Shown in pieces: positions 46,698 through 56,359 of a stretch of DNA of 64,000 nucleotides. The position numbers and the translations under genes were made by a program. Under the pieces are notes generated by a model that had not been told where the DNA came from, did not search any database, and saw only the letters and a program-made list of their open reading frames with translations. The DNA lies in the IMG/VR virus record IMGVR_UViG_3300031741_000001, positions 17,828-81,827 of that record; one strand, 5' to 3'. This DNA comes from a virus. The number at the start of each line of letters is the position of its first letter. Position 1 is the first letter of the stretch.

Positions 46698-46713
46698 GTA
46701 ATAATATATTTCT
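46698..46713 (-). promoter_or_regulatory. early promoter AGAAATATATTATTAC
   Basis: Recurrent motif; lies upstream of the non-virion RNAP operon, as expected for an early promoter. Confidence 0.75.
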
Positions 46714-46783
46714 AAGATTCCAATGAGGGATTTACTTAATTAGTAAATAGCGACTTATACTATAATAGATTATAGTAATATAT

Positions 46784-46819
46784 AACCTAAAGATAGACCG
46801 TAAAGTCTATCTTTAGGTT
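46784..46819 (-). terminator. terminator-like hairpin
   Basis: 15-bp perfect stem immediately after the stop of 46823..47815. Confidence 0.75.
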
Positions 46820-46822
46820 GTT

Positions 46823-47815
46823 TTAGATCGATGAGTTTAGTTTAAGTCGGTCGTATCCTAAATCTATTACTTGTTCTCCCATTGCAGCTCTACCCATCTG
46901 TATACTTGTTTGCATCGGTTCGTCTGGAAAAAGTGCAGGCATTAACGATCCTCCCTTATTAGTAAAATTAACGATGGAAGGACCATCCATCATTTCGGTT
47001 TTTAGATCAGCAACGTCTAGTAATGTCCCTATCGGGCTTTGCGCTTTTAAATCATCAGCCATATCGGTTATAGACGATAGACCAAAACCATTACTGGTTG
47101 TGCCTACTAACCCAAAAGAACTGAAGCTGTCATCCGCTAATCCACTAGTCATACTCTGAAAAGCTGCGACATTCTCCAAAGATTGATTCATATTTCCTGA
47201 TAATGTGCTAACGCTACCAGATAGATTAGCGATGTTACTTCCTCCGTATTTCGTTATAGCACTAGCGTATCCGTTTATACCCCCTTGACCTGCGATGACT
47301 GGTAGGGCATCTTTAACGACAGCTTGTCCTTTCGTTGTCAAAGCTGCTGCACAATCTAGAAGATCTCCGAAGATATTAAACTTATCCATAAGCCCATCCA
47401 GACCATCAAAATTACCCAATAAATCTTTAAATAAGTTTCCAAAACCCAAGTCTCCTAAAAGATCATCTATAAGTCCGTTTATGGAAAATCCATTAATAGC
47501 ATCGCAAGTAGATGAGAGGGAATCTACATTATCGGATAATTTTTGGAGTAAGGTTAATTCAGTTGGTTTCTCTACTGCTTTATCAGAAATATACGACCCG
47601 TCTCGCATGGCTTTGAATGACTTATCGATCTTAGCTTTTACTTTAGTTAACTTAGCCTCATCGGTTATAGGTTCTTCTGCAAAAACACTCATAGCTCTTA
47701 AAGATTCGGATTTCTCTTCAGTAGTGGTAAATGAAAAATTGTAAGCGGGTATAGTATTATCTACTAGAGCTGGTTTTACCGATCCCGTTCTAAAAATATT
47801 AGATGGTTGTGCCAT
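46823..47815 (-). CDS. hypothetical, probably virion, protein
   Basis: 330 aa, rich in Gly/Ser/Asp/Leu. Confidence 0.6.
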   Translation of the reverse strand: MAQPSNIFRTGSVKPALVDNTIPAYNFSFTTTEEKSESLRAMSVFAEEPITDEAKLTKVKAKIDKSFKAMRDGSYISDKAVEKPTELTLLQKLSDNVDSLSSTCDAINGFSINGLIDDLLGDLGFGNLFKDLLGNFDGLDGLMDKFNIFGDLLDCAAALTTKGQAVVKDALPVIAGQGGINGYASAITKYGGSNIANLSGSVSTLSGNMNQSLENVAAFQSMTSGLADDSFSSFGLVGTTSNGFGLSSITDMADDLKAQSPIGTLLDVADLKTEMMDGPSIVNFTNKGGSLMPALFPDEPMQTSIQMGRAAMGEQVIDLGYDRLKLNSSI

Positions 47816-48213
47816 TAGCCTTCTCCTATTTCATTAATTAATAACGCTACTCTTTTTAAATCGCTACTTAGAACCGCAAATTCTCCATGATCTAAAATCA
47901 TTTCAATAGTAGCGTCAAAACTTTTAATTTGTCCTTTTGAAAATCCTTCAGGGTTAAAAATAGCTATAGTGGTTCTATCTGGATCGTGAGCACTATCGAT
48001 CATTTCTGCTATAGAAAAAACTCCTGACATTTTCTTATTGATTAGGTATAGATGGATATTACAAAGATTCTTTTCCTTCCGCTCTATCTCCTGGCATTCT
48101 TCTGTCCAGTCTTCGACGACGGGGTTGAAGAAATCAATATCTAACATAGGGATTAATTCATCTCTCCAAGTAGTTTGATTGCAAGTTCCTCCAAGAAATA
48201 CTTTATTTTTCAT
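47815..48213 (-). CDS. nucleoside 2-deoxyribosyltransferase-like protein
   Basis: KVFLGGTC...WR, FFNP.VEDW and S.AE motifs. Confidence 0.75.
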   Translation of the reverse strand: MKNKVFLGGTCNQTTWRDELIPMLDIDFFNPVVEDWTEECQEIERKEKNLCNIHLYLINKKMSGVFSIAEMIDSAHDPDRTTIAIFNPEGFSKGQIKSFDATIEMILDHGEFAVLSSDLKRVALLINEIGEG

Positions 48214-48222
48214 AACATCTCC

Positions 48223-48891
48223 TTAAAAATTATTATCTAAATGCATTCCTCTTAAAAGCACATTTAGAGTATGGGCTGATTTAACTCTAGTTTGAGAAGT
48301 TATATTCTCGGTATTGCAAGATCCTGTTTCTTCTAACTGTCTTCTAAATTCTCCATATGTATCAATATCACCTCCTCTTATTTTAAGAAGTTCCACTAAA
48401 GACTTATCCAATCCTCGTGAGTGTAACACTCTAGTTTCCTGCACACTAAAACTAGCTTTGCCATCAGCTCCGCTAACTTGACCAGTGAGACCGTCAATCG
48501 ATTTATCGTCATTGGGAACTTTTAACTTGTTATCTAAGAATTGCTGCATCCTTCTAACTGACATTTTTAAAATAGGATACCTCTCGTTGGTTAAATACTT
48601 CTTTCCAGAAAATTCATCAACTAACCACACTCTACTAGTTAATTCAGTTTTAGTTAAAACTGAAGCTTTCTTTATATCTTCCATTTCCAAATTCATTTTC
48701 ATATTAGGAAAGACTATAAATATCTGTTCTTTTTTTTCTTTCAGTAAAGTAATAAATCTTTTCAAACCTTTTTCGTCTAAAGTTTTAAAAAAAATTATAT
48801 ATCGTTGGCTGTTTACTTTAGAGGGATCTAGTTGATCCATAACTTTACAGATCATTTTTAATATTTTATTTTTCTTTTCTTCAAAACTCAT
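48223..48891 (-). CDS. virion RNA polymerase beta C-terminal fragment (phiKZ gp149-like)
   Basis: RRMQQ...K, D.LTGQV, S..E, ELLKIRGGD and S...L.VLLRGMHL correspond to the beta C-terminus. Confidence 0.75.
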   Translation of the reverse strand: MSFEEKKNKILKMICKVMDQLDPSKVNSQRYIIFFKTLDEKGLKRFITLLKEKKEQIFIVFPNMKMNLEMEDIKKASVLTKTELTSRVWLVDEFSGKKYLTNERYPILKMSVRRMQQFLDNKLKVPNDDKSIDGLTGQVSGADGKASFSVQETRVLHSRGLDKSLVELLKIRGGDIDTYGEFRRQLEETGSCNTENITSQTRVKSAHTLNVLLRGMHLDNNF

Positions 48892-48933
48892 GGTAAACCT
48901 CTTAAAAGAGGGACGAATCCCTCAAAATTATTC

Positions 48934-49338
48934 TTATGCTACAAAAGGATCTATTGAATTCAACGCTCTTTTATTCGTAAATTCAAAATCCTCTATGTTA
49001 ATCATTTTTAGGAGTGGTGGTTTTCCATTAACTAAACCGCTCTCTCCTAATAAATTCAAATCTCTATCGAATATAATAATAGATTTCTCATCTAGAACAT
49101 CATCCAGATGTAAAAATACAATTATCATATTCTTTTTAACAACAACCAAAATAGGAAATGGCAATTTCCATTCAGGTCTAATCATCTTATTATTATCTAC
49201 CCATCTAGAACATCTACTATCGTAATCCATATCCGTTCGGATTACAGTTCCTCCGTGACTAACAGCAGTTGCTAATTGTTTTTTAGTGATGCTGATTTTC
49301 CTGCCTTCATAAAATGTGGTGATAAGTGTTTTACTCAT
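48934..49338 (-). CDS. hypothetical protein
   Basis: 134-aa ORF with AAGGA ribosome-binding site. Confidence 0.6.
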   Translation of the reverse strand: MSKTLITTFYEGRKISITKKQLATAVSHGGTVIRTDMDYDSRCSRWVDNNKMIRPEWKLPFPILVVVKKNMIIVFLHLDDVLDEKSIIIFDRDLNLLGESGLVNGKPPLLKMINIEDFEFTNKRALNSIDPFVA

Positions 49339-49399
49339 TGAGATTCCTTGTAGTAACTGAAAATTAATTTTTAACTAAAAGATTTGTTTATATAGTATT

Positions 49400-49945
49400 T
49401 TAGACTTTTATCCCTCTCGATATCAAATACCCTACCATGGCACCTAAAATGTCTTTGAATGCTTCAGCCATTAGATTAATCATTTCTTTAAGTTGTTTAA
49501 ATTTCTTTTCAGTTATTTCTACGATTTCCATACTGGAACCTGTAGGTAGCGCTCCGAATAATCCGTTCATCTCCATTTTAGTTTGATGTATGAACATATA
49601 TATTTCTCTCATACCATCAGGATTACACCATAAAGCATTTTTAAAAATATCAGACCTCGTTGCTACGAAATCGAAGGATACGTCAGATCCATTAACTTTA
49701 GCATATCCTGTATTTTCCCCAAGAGCTCCAATTAAAGCTTTTTGAATACTCACCACAATATCAGTTAATGGCATTCTAGATGCTAAACTATTTTTAAGGA
49801 TAGAACCTATTGTTCCTAGAGCTACTACCGTGTCTGCTATTTTACTAAAATCTAAAAATTCGCATACTAATGTTGCATCTTTAAATGGAGCATGCTCTTT
49901 AAGTGTTTGAAGTTGTCCTAATATCAAATGGTGTTCTAAAATCAT
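49400..49945 (-). CDS. hypothetical protein
   Basis: 181-aa ORF with AGGAG ribosome-binding site. Confidence 0.7.
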   Translation of the reverse strand: MILEHHLILGQLQTLKEHAPFKDATLVCEFLDFSKIADTVVALGTIGSILKNSLASRMPLTDIVVSIQKALIGALGENTGYAKVNGSDVSFDFVATRSDIFKNALWCNPDGMREIYMFIHQTKMEMNGLFGALPTGSSMEIVEITEKKFKQLKEMINLMAEAFKDILGAMVGYLISRGIKV

Positions 49946-49957
49946 TTTTCTCCTTTA

Positions 49958-52129
49958 TTATTTTATTGGGAAATTGGCTTTTTTTAAATCTATCTTTATA
50001 TTAGATTTGGGTATTAAAGAATGTAGGTTCTCGAAGAATAAAAATCTATTTTTAGATTTAGATACTAAGTCCGTAGGGATATTTACCATAACAGATTCCG
50101 AAATAGGAACTGCTGCTAATATTTTAACTATCACTCCAGGCGGTTTAAGCATCTTAAGTTTTTCGTTCTTCTTTACTCTAGAAACTCTTAGTGTATTTAA
50201 TTCTTTGGAATTGACATGGAAAATAACTACTTCTTCGCTAGTTATTGTAGTGATGTATATAATATTCGATTTAGCCCCGTCGTAAGAGAAACCTCTCTTA
50301 ATAGGTATTTGCGAATATACACCCCAGTCGACATTCCCAGTTTTATCAACACTCATGAAAGTATCTCCTATATGGAATATAGAATCTTTCAACTCGTTCC
50401 TAAACTTCAACCCATCTACTCTTAGAATCCCCACATGCGAAATAGAAATAGTGTGTCTGAGCTTATCCTTTGAAGTTATAAAGTCCTCACACGAGAACTC
50501 TTTTGGGTGATCTACGATATCTTCTGTTATAACACGATTATCGTTAAGAATATATTTCTTAACTGATTTGGTTGGATAAAGATTAAAACTATACCCTGAA
50601 TTTTTAAAAGATTTAAGTAATGTTTTAAACTCTTCCATATCCCTAAATTGAATTACTCCTCTATCTCCTTTCATGCACCCAATGAAGTTATTAAATTTAC
50701 TTTTTCTTTTATAGCTTTTATATTTCTTTTTAAGTCCTTCTATATCTAACTTGATTCTCTCATCAGTATGGGAATAATCCCATTGTAATTTTTTAAGGGA
50801 TTCTTTATTACTCGATATTGTTTCTCTTAGTTGATCGACTCCAGTTTTGGTTAATTTTTCTAAGTTAAAATCTTTAGCTATATACCTAACTTGACTCTTA
50901 CTTAATTTAAACTTTTTAGTTAGGTAGTCTAAAGTATCTTCTATAGAATTAGCATTCTCGAAAACTCTGGTGAATACTTTTTTGTTCTCCAATGCTATTA
51001 TCGTAGCTTGAGCATTTCTATTTGAAAAAATAAGAGAATTTTGTTTACCATTCAACGCTCCGATTATTGATTTTTTCCTTTCCATCAACCAGAAGTATAA
51101 AATATTAAAATGGTTAGCTGGTGTTTGCTTCCCTTTATCGGTAGAGAAGTAATAAGATGGATAGAACTTCATAGAAAATCCTATATCTTTTTTAAGCTGC
51201 TCTAAGATAATAAAAGGATCTACTCCCCGTTTTAGATCAATAATAGTGTCTCCAAAGAATCTACTTTTAGAATAGTTTGCTATTCTAGAAACATATTTAT
51301 TTAAATAACTACCTTTAATTGAAAAGATATTTTTTAAATTAGAATCGCAATTCTTTACGAAGGTTTGACCAACCGGAATAGTTCGTAATATTATTTTATT
51401 TGGATGAATAATCATAGTACCGTCGGTTAGGATAGGTATTTGATAATTGGTATTGCTATACTTTGAAATAAGTTCTTTTCTATTTCTTATATATAATTCT
51501 ATTGGAAAATCAGGTACTAAATTCTTATAAAGACTAGGGAGTATTTTAAAATCGTTTTCAATAAATGAAATAGTGAGATTGCATAATTCTTCAAAACATA
51601 ACGCTGGAATAACTGACCTATACCCAATACCCATAGCAAATGAATTAGTTAATAATCCCATAGGTAACTTAGGGATGAAATAAGCTGGCTCTACAGTCGT
51701 TTCTGTTTCGGTAGGGACGAACTTTAAAGTTCGTAAATCTATTCCTTTAAAATAGATATCCGAAGCAAATTCACTCATCCCAATCTTTAAATACCTAGGA
51801 GCTGCCGATTCTGTCGACTTACCATATCCACCGATATTACCATCGCTTTCCATAAGTGGGAAGTTGTTATTAAAAGGTTGAGCCATTCTCCTAATAGCTT
51901 CCCCTATAGATATATTACCAGCCGAATGATACTTCTCAACTAACCTACCAGTGATAGTAGATATTTGAGTTTGTGAAATATCATCTTTAGAAACGTATAA
52001 TATCCTTCTATGGATGGCTTTTAAACCATCGATTAGTGAAGGGTATTTATCCTTAATTAAATGTTCCGAATAAATCTTAAGATTCTTTTTTAACGCTTCT
52101 GACGCGTGCATCCCTTTTTCCATATTCAT
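49958..52129 (-). CDS. gyrA: type IIA topoisomerase, GyrA/ParC-like subunit
   Basis: DGLK..HRRIL, YH, GN.G, AAPRY (catalytic Tyr) and PDFP motifs. Confidence 0.85.
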   Translation of the reverse strand: MNMEKGMHASEALKKNLKIYSEHLIKDKYPSLIDGLKAIHRRILYVSKDDISQTQISTITGRLVEKYHSAGNISIGEAIRRMAQPFNNNFPLMESDGNIGGYGKSTESAAPRYLKIGMSEFASDIYFKGIDLRTLKFVPTETETTVEPAYFIPKLPMGLLTNSFAMGIGYRSVIPALCFEELCNLTISFIENDFKILPSLYKNLVPDFPIELYIRNRKELISKYSNTNYQIPILTDGTMIIHPNKIILRTIPVGQTFVKNCDSNLKNIFSIKGSYLNKYVSRIANYSKSRFFGDTIIDLKRGVDPFIILEQLKKDIGFSMKFYPSYYFSTDKGKQTPANHFNILYFWLMERKKSIIGALNGKQNSLIFSNRNAQATIIALENKKVFTRVFENANSIEDTLDYLTKKFKLSKSQVRYIAKDFNLEKLTKTGVDQLRETISSNKESLKKLQWDYSHTDERIKLDIEGLKKKYKSYKRKSKFNNFIGCMKGDRGVIQFRDMEEFKTLLKSFKNSGYSFNLYPTKSVKKYILNDNRVITEDIVDHPKEFSCEDFITSKDKLRHTISISHVGILRVDGLKFRNELKDSIFHIGDTFMSVDKTGNVDWGVYSQIPIKRGFSYDGAKSNIIYITTITSEEVVIFHVNSKELNTLRVSRVKKNEKLKMLKPPGVIVKILAAVPISESVMVNIPTDLVSKSKNRFLFFENLHSLIPKSNIKIDLKKANFPIK

Positions 52130-52547
52130 CCTCGCTAGGTGGTGCGCTAATTAAATCACCTAAATTAAATTTTTCTAAACTATCGTGAATGTTTAAAGAT
52201 ATCTCAACATCCATTATCTCAAATTCTAAGATATGGGAGATGACCGTAATAAAAACAGCATAGCTTAAGTTTCCTCTTTTAATAGCAGCTAATACATTCT
52301 TCTTCTGGTCGTATATTTTTTTGGGATTAGTTTTTAAACACGAGTATTTTTTATACTTAATATTAAATCTCTCCAACGTGATGCTCTTCTGAACAAAAAC
52401 CGATCGTAGTAGAAGATCTAAAATGTTTGTACATTTTTTAATATCTTTTTCTTCAAAAATATTTGTTCCAATCACACTCTCCTCTTTATTGATTTGGTTT
52501 TTTTTAATATTAGATAATTTTTCTATAATTTCTTTATCAATCATCAT
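52077..52547 (-). CDS. hypothetical conserved jumbo-phage protein
   Basis: 156 aa, behind the early promoter at 52563. Confidence 0.6.
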   Translation of the reverse strand: MMIDKEIIEKLSNIKKNQINKEESVIGTNIFEEKDIKKCTNILDLLLRSVFVQKSITLERFNIKYKKYSCLKTNPKKIYDQKKNVLAAIKRGNLSYAVFITVISHILEFEIMDVEISLNIHDSLEKFNLGDLISAPPSEDEYGKRDARVRSVKKES

Positions 52548-52562
52548 GTTTCTCCTTTCTAA

Positions 52563-52578
52563 GTAATAATATATATCT
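52563..52578 (-). promoter_or_regulatory. early promoter AGATATATATTATTAC
   Basis: Recurrent motif. Confidence 0.7.
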
Positions 52579-52593
52579 ATAAATAAAATGGTT

Positions 52594-53220
52594 TTATTTA
52601 GATTCGCGGATCTCCTTCTCCCGATGTTGGATTTTCCTAAAGATACTTAATTTTTCATTTTCTCGAAAAGCAGCATTCTCAATATATACCATTGAGAAAT
52701 TATGAAGAATATTTAAACTATATTTCAACCATTGACTCTCAGTCATGCTGTATTTTCTACGATTGATTGCTTTGATAAGATTGTCATATACCACTCTCAC
52801 ACTTAAAATATCTAGATCGAATTCATTATCCTTCCCTATAAACGCAATAGAATAAGATCTAATAGTATACCCAGCTAAAATTGATAAAGCGTCCTGGTCG
52901 GTAATCGCTGCTAAAGATACTTTTAAAGAACAATACCATATAAAGATTTCTGCAAAATTAAAAAGAGATAATTCGTTTAATGAATTTATTATTTTAGAAT
53001 GAATAAGGTTTATTTTTTCAAAAGTTAAACGACCTTCTAAAAAATATTCCAATTCTAAAATAGAAACAAAACTATCTCTTCTTGATAGAATGATACTTAC
53101 TATATTTTTAAACTCTTTATTGGTGTGAGGTTTTTTTAAATCAATTCTATAATTGAAGATACTGTATAATGTATCAACGTACCTTTTTTTGAGAAGATGC
53201 GATAAGCTTTTAGATTTCAT
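52594..53220 (-). CDS. hypothetical protein
   Basis: 208-aa ORF overlapping the end of the GyrB-like gene. Confidence 0.6.
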   Translation of the reverse strand: MKSKSLSHLLKKRYVDTLYSIFNYRIDLKKPHTNKEFKNIVSIILSRRDSFVSILELEYFLEGRLTFEKINLIHSKIINSLNELSLFNFAEIFIWYCSLKVSLAAITDQDALSILAGYTIRSYSIAFIGKDNEFDLDILSVRVVYDNLIKAINRRKYSMTESQWLKYSLNILHNFSMVYIENAAFRENEKLSIFRKIQHREKEIRESK

Positions 53221-55615
53221 TAACTAACTTCTTTCTAGCGTCGGTTTTCACTCCGAATAACTGATAGAAAACATCAACGTCTCCAATTTGAGTTATTGGG
53301 AAATAATCCCTGGTATCTTTATTTACACATGTAAAAAATAATTGACTATTCGACATTCCCCCTAACCCTTTAAACCTATTTATTTTAAATTTCTTATCGA
53401 ATATTTTAAGCATTAGATATAATTCAACTAAGGTTATCGGATCTTTATTTAATTTATTAGTTTTGAGTGTGGTTATCTGTATAGATGTTCTATCCCAATC
53501 TAAAATTCCTATCGCTGGTATGATTTTTTCTTTTATTATTTTCTTAATCCCAGCTAATCTAACGAATAACTCATCGTCGCCATCTACTAATATTAGAGAA
53601 CTGAAGTCTTTATTGAAAACAACATTATCTAATTTTAGAATAGATTTAATTTTTGGTAAATTAGGCTTCTTAGGATCTAAATAATCCACACAGAAAATAA
53701 GTCTTTCTAATAACGCAGGATCTATCGTTAGATAGTTCGCGCACTCTTCGATCACCTCTCCTATATCGAGAGCCGTTCTACAGAAACTTTTAAAAATTGC
53801 TCCGGTTATCCTAATCTTATTAATAAAAATATGAAAGAATTTCTCATAGATAACTTTAATCTTCAACTCTATCAAATCTTTTTTACTTTGAAGATACCTA
53901 GTATCTTTTTTAGTAGAGGAAAAAGAGTATAGTGGAGGATTAGATAAAAACACTTTCCCTTCTGAAAGAATCAATGGGTTTATTTTAAAAAGAATCGTAA
54001 CCCACAATGCCGAGATATGGTACCCGTGAGCATCAGCATCGCAAAGTATTATTATTTTATTAAAATTGATATTGTCTAAATTTGTATGTTTAGGACTAAC
54101 CCCCATTATTGTAATCAAATCCGTAAAGAGACTATCTTTAAACGGATCTGACTTTTTGATAAAGTTAGTAGGCTTTCCCCTAGACTTGAAAACCGCTTGA
54201 TATTCTTTTTCACAAACTTGACTAACTGCTCCTCCAGCAGAGTTACCCTCAGAAATAAATAATTCAGTTATACTACTATCCACGCTCGCACATTCACAAT
54301 AACAAGAATCATTATTTAATCTACTAGTGACGTTCTTAAGGTTAGAATTTAAATGAAAAGCTCGTTTGACATATTTATCATATTTTCTTTTAATATCTTT
54401 TTCTAAAAGGCAATAGAATTTTCTCCAAATCTCTTCTCCTAAACTATCTAAATGTTTCTCTAATTGCTTAGTATAATCCTTTAAAAAGTCGGTATCTTTA
54501 AAACTATTTTTAGTCTGACCAACAAAAACCACATCGGTGTATAGAATAAGGCAATACCCGACGATAGGTATTTTATAATTTAATTCTATAAAATTCTTGA
54601 TGTCCGAGTTATCTTCAAATCTCTTTAAAATATTTTTAAGAACTTTCAATAACCCTAAAATATGAACACTATTAGGATCGTCTATGGGAGTTCTATTCAC
54701 AGTCCCAATTAAACTTGTGGATAAATAATCTAAATTTTTAGATGGGATAAAGAATTCTATTTCGTATCCTAGAGTTTTCACCAACTCCTTAAACTCTATT
54801 TCCTTTACCAGTTTAGAAATCTTCCACGAAAAGATATTCGGAACACTCGCCTTCTCAGAACAATATTCTAACCTATTCAGTGTTTTAAGTGGATAATAAT
54901 CGTTATGTGATTTTAAATATCTTTTAAAGAATTTCAAAATCCGCTTCGGATTAAACATTAATACTTTCTCGTCTACCAACCCATCAATGACTCTTAATCG
55001 TATAGTGCCTTTATACACAAACGCAAATGAAAATTCTAGGAGCCTAACGACTTCCTCGAATTCTTCTTCCATATACTTATCAACGTTTTTCAAAATAGAT
55101 TTATCTAAACTATAAAAAATAGAAGTGCCTTCTACAAACTCAACTGTTGGTTTACCTGGAATTAAAAACTCCTTCTTAACTTTACCCCTACACATCGTTA
55201 GTGAACCAATACCCTCACCCCTTACTGATACAGCTGTGAAGGTTTCGCTAAGCGCCGCACATGCAGTTGCCCCTACTCCGAAAATTCCAATGGAGCAACT
55301 GTAGGCATCTGACCATTTTCCACTACTCTTGGTTTTAGTATAAATATCGTTTAAGCTATATATCGGAACTCCCCTACCAGTATCCTGCACCAATACTTGA
55401 TATGTGTCTTTACCTTTAAAAAATACAATATCTATATCTACATTGGGGGTGTTATTTCCTTCATCGAAACAGTTTTGAACTATCTCTTTAAAGAGGTGGG
55501 TCTGAGCCAGATGGGTACTGACATCTGGAATATACATATTTGAAACCTTCCTAAGATGAGCTATATCACTAAGGACTTGTATGTGCGTATCGTCGTATTT
55601 TACATCTTTACTCAT
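53210..55615 (-). CDS. gyrB: type IIA topoisomerase, GyrB/ParE-like subunit
   Basis: EIVQN..DE, DTGRGVP, G.FGVG, EGNSA, DADAHG.HI and RFKGLG motifs. Confidence 0.9.
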   Translation of the reverse strand: MSKDVKYDDTHIQVLSDIAHLRKVSNMYIPDVSTHLAQTHLFKEIVQNCFDEGNNTPNVDIDIVFFKGKDTYQVLVQDTGRGVPIYSLNDIYTKTKSSGKWSDAYSCSIGIFGVGATACAALSETFTAVSVRGEGIGSLTMCRGKVKKEFLIPGKPTVEFVEGTSIFYSLDKSILKNVDKYMEEEFEEVVRLLEFSFAFVYKGTIRLRVIDGLVDEKVLMFNPKRILKFFKRYLKSHNDYYPLKTLNRLEYCSEKASVPNIFSWKISKLVKEIEFKELVKTLGYEIEFFIPSKNLDYLSTSLIGTVNRTPIDDPNSVHILGLLKVLKNILKRFEDNSDIKNFIELNYKIPIVGYCLILYTDVVFVGQTKNSFKDTDFLKDYTKQLEKHLDSLGEEIWRKFYCLLEKDIKRKYDKYVKRAFHLNSNLKNVTSRLNNDSCYCECASVDSSITELFISEGNSAGGAVSQVCEKEYQAVFKSRGKPTNFIKKSDPFKDSLFTDLITIMGVSPKHTNLDNINFNKIIILCDADAHGYHISALWVTILFKINPLILSEGKVFLSNPPLYSFSSTKKDTRYLQSKKDLIELKIKVIYEKFFHIFINKIRITGAIFKSFCRTALDIGEVIEECANYLTIDPALLERLIFCVDYLDPKKPNLPKIKSILKLDNVVFNKDFSSLILVDGDDELFVRLAGIKKIIKEKIIPAIGILDWDRTSIQITTLKTNKLNKDPITLVELYLMLKIFDKKFKINRFKGLGGMSNSQLFFTCVNKDTRDYFPITQIGDVDVFYQLFGVKTDARKKLVNEI

Positions 55616-55728
55616 AATGTTTCTCCATGTTAAATATTGGTATATTAAATAGTCGAATCAACTTTAAAAAAACTTAGATCGAAAAGAGCTTTATCATAAT
55701 ATATAACAAACATAACCGAGGTACTATT

Positions 55729-56148
55729 ATGATAGACTACGATGAATTAGAGAATAGCTTTTTAAAATTAGGGGATATTGAAAAAAAAACAGATGGTTTA
55801 CGTGATAAAATATCAAATAAATTAGAAACTGTTATCGACGCAATGACTATAGACTGCGATATGGATAAAGCTACAGTAATAGACGCTAAACTTAATGTAC
55901 TCAAAACCGTTGACGATATTTTGAAATCTAAAGAAAACACAACTACTTCTAAAATTAAATTAATAATGCAGAAACAGAATATAGAAAATATTAGAAAATC
56001 TAACGACAACACTGCTGAGATATTAAAAAGTGTCTCTTTCGGAAGTCTCAATACTTTAAATAACATATCGGTCGATCTTGAAGAACTTCTCGCTCAACAA
56101 TTCAATGGATCTGGTGAGGTAATTTTAGATGGCGAATTATCGGAATAG
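55729..56148 (+). CDS. hypothetical helical protein
   Basis: 139-aa ORF with GAGG ribosome-binding site and a late-type promoter at 55693. Confidence 0.7.
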   Translation: MIDYDELENSFLKLGDIEKKTDGLRDKISNKLETVIDAMTIDCDMDKATVIDAKLNVLKTVDDILKSKENTTTSKIKLIMQKQNIENIRKSNDNTAEILKSVSFGSLNTLNNISVDLEELLAQQFNGSGEVILDGELSE

Positions 56149-56359
56149 TAGAAACAACACTGACCAGTGTCAGATTTGTTTAAAAAATCATCCTAGCAAT
56201 AAGGTCTTCTAATCCTTTTCGCATTATAGGTAATATAGAGTTGAATTTTATACAGTTCTAACTGTTCTCATAGATAATTTTATACTAGCTATAAGCCTAG
56301 TTCCAAATATTTCATATTACCAATAAATCATCCTTGCGGAAGAGTAAGCGTTTCGCTAT
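56149..56359. ncRNA. candidate structured RNA, element C
   Basis: Long stem TTAT-GGTAATAT/ATATTACC-ATAA enclosing two hairpins; a GCAA-capped hairpin on the minus strand. Confidence 0.35.
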
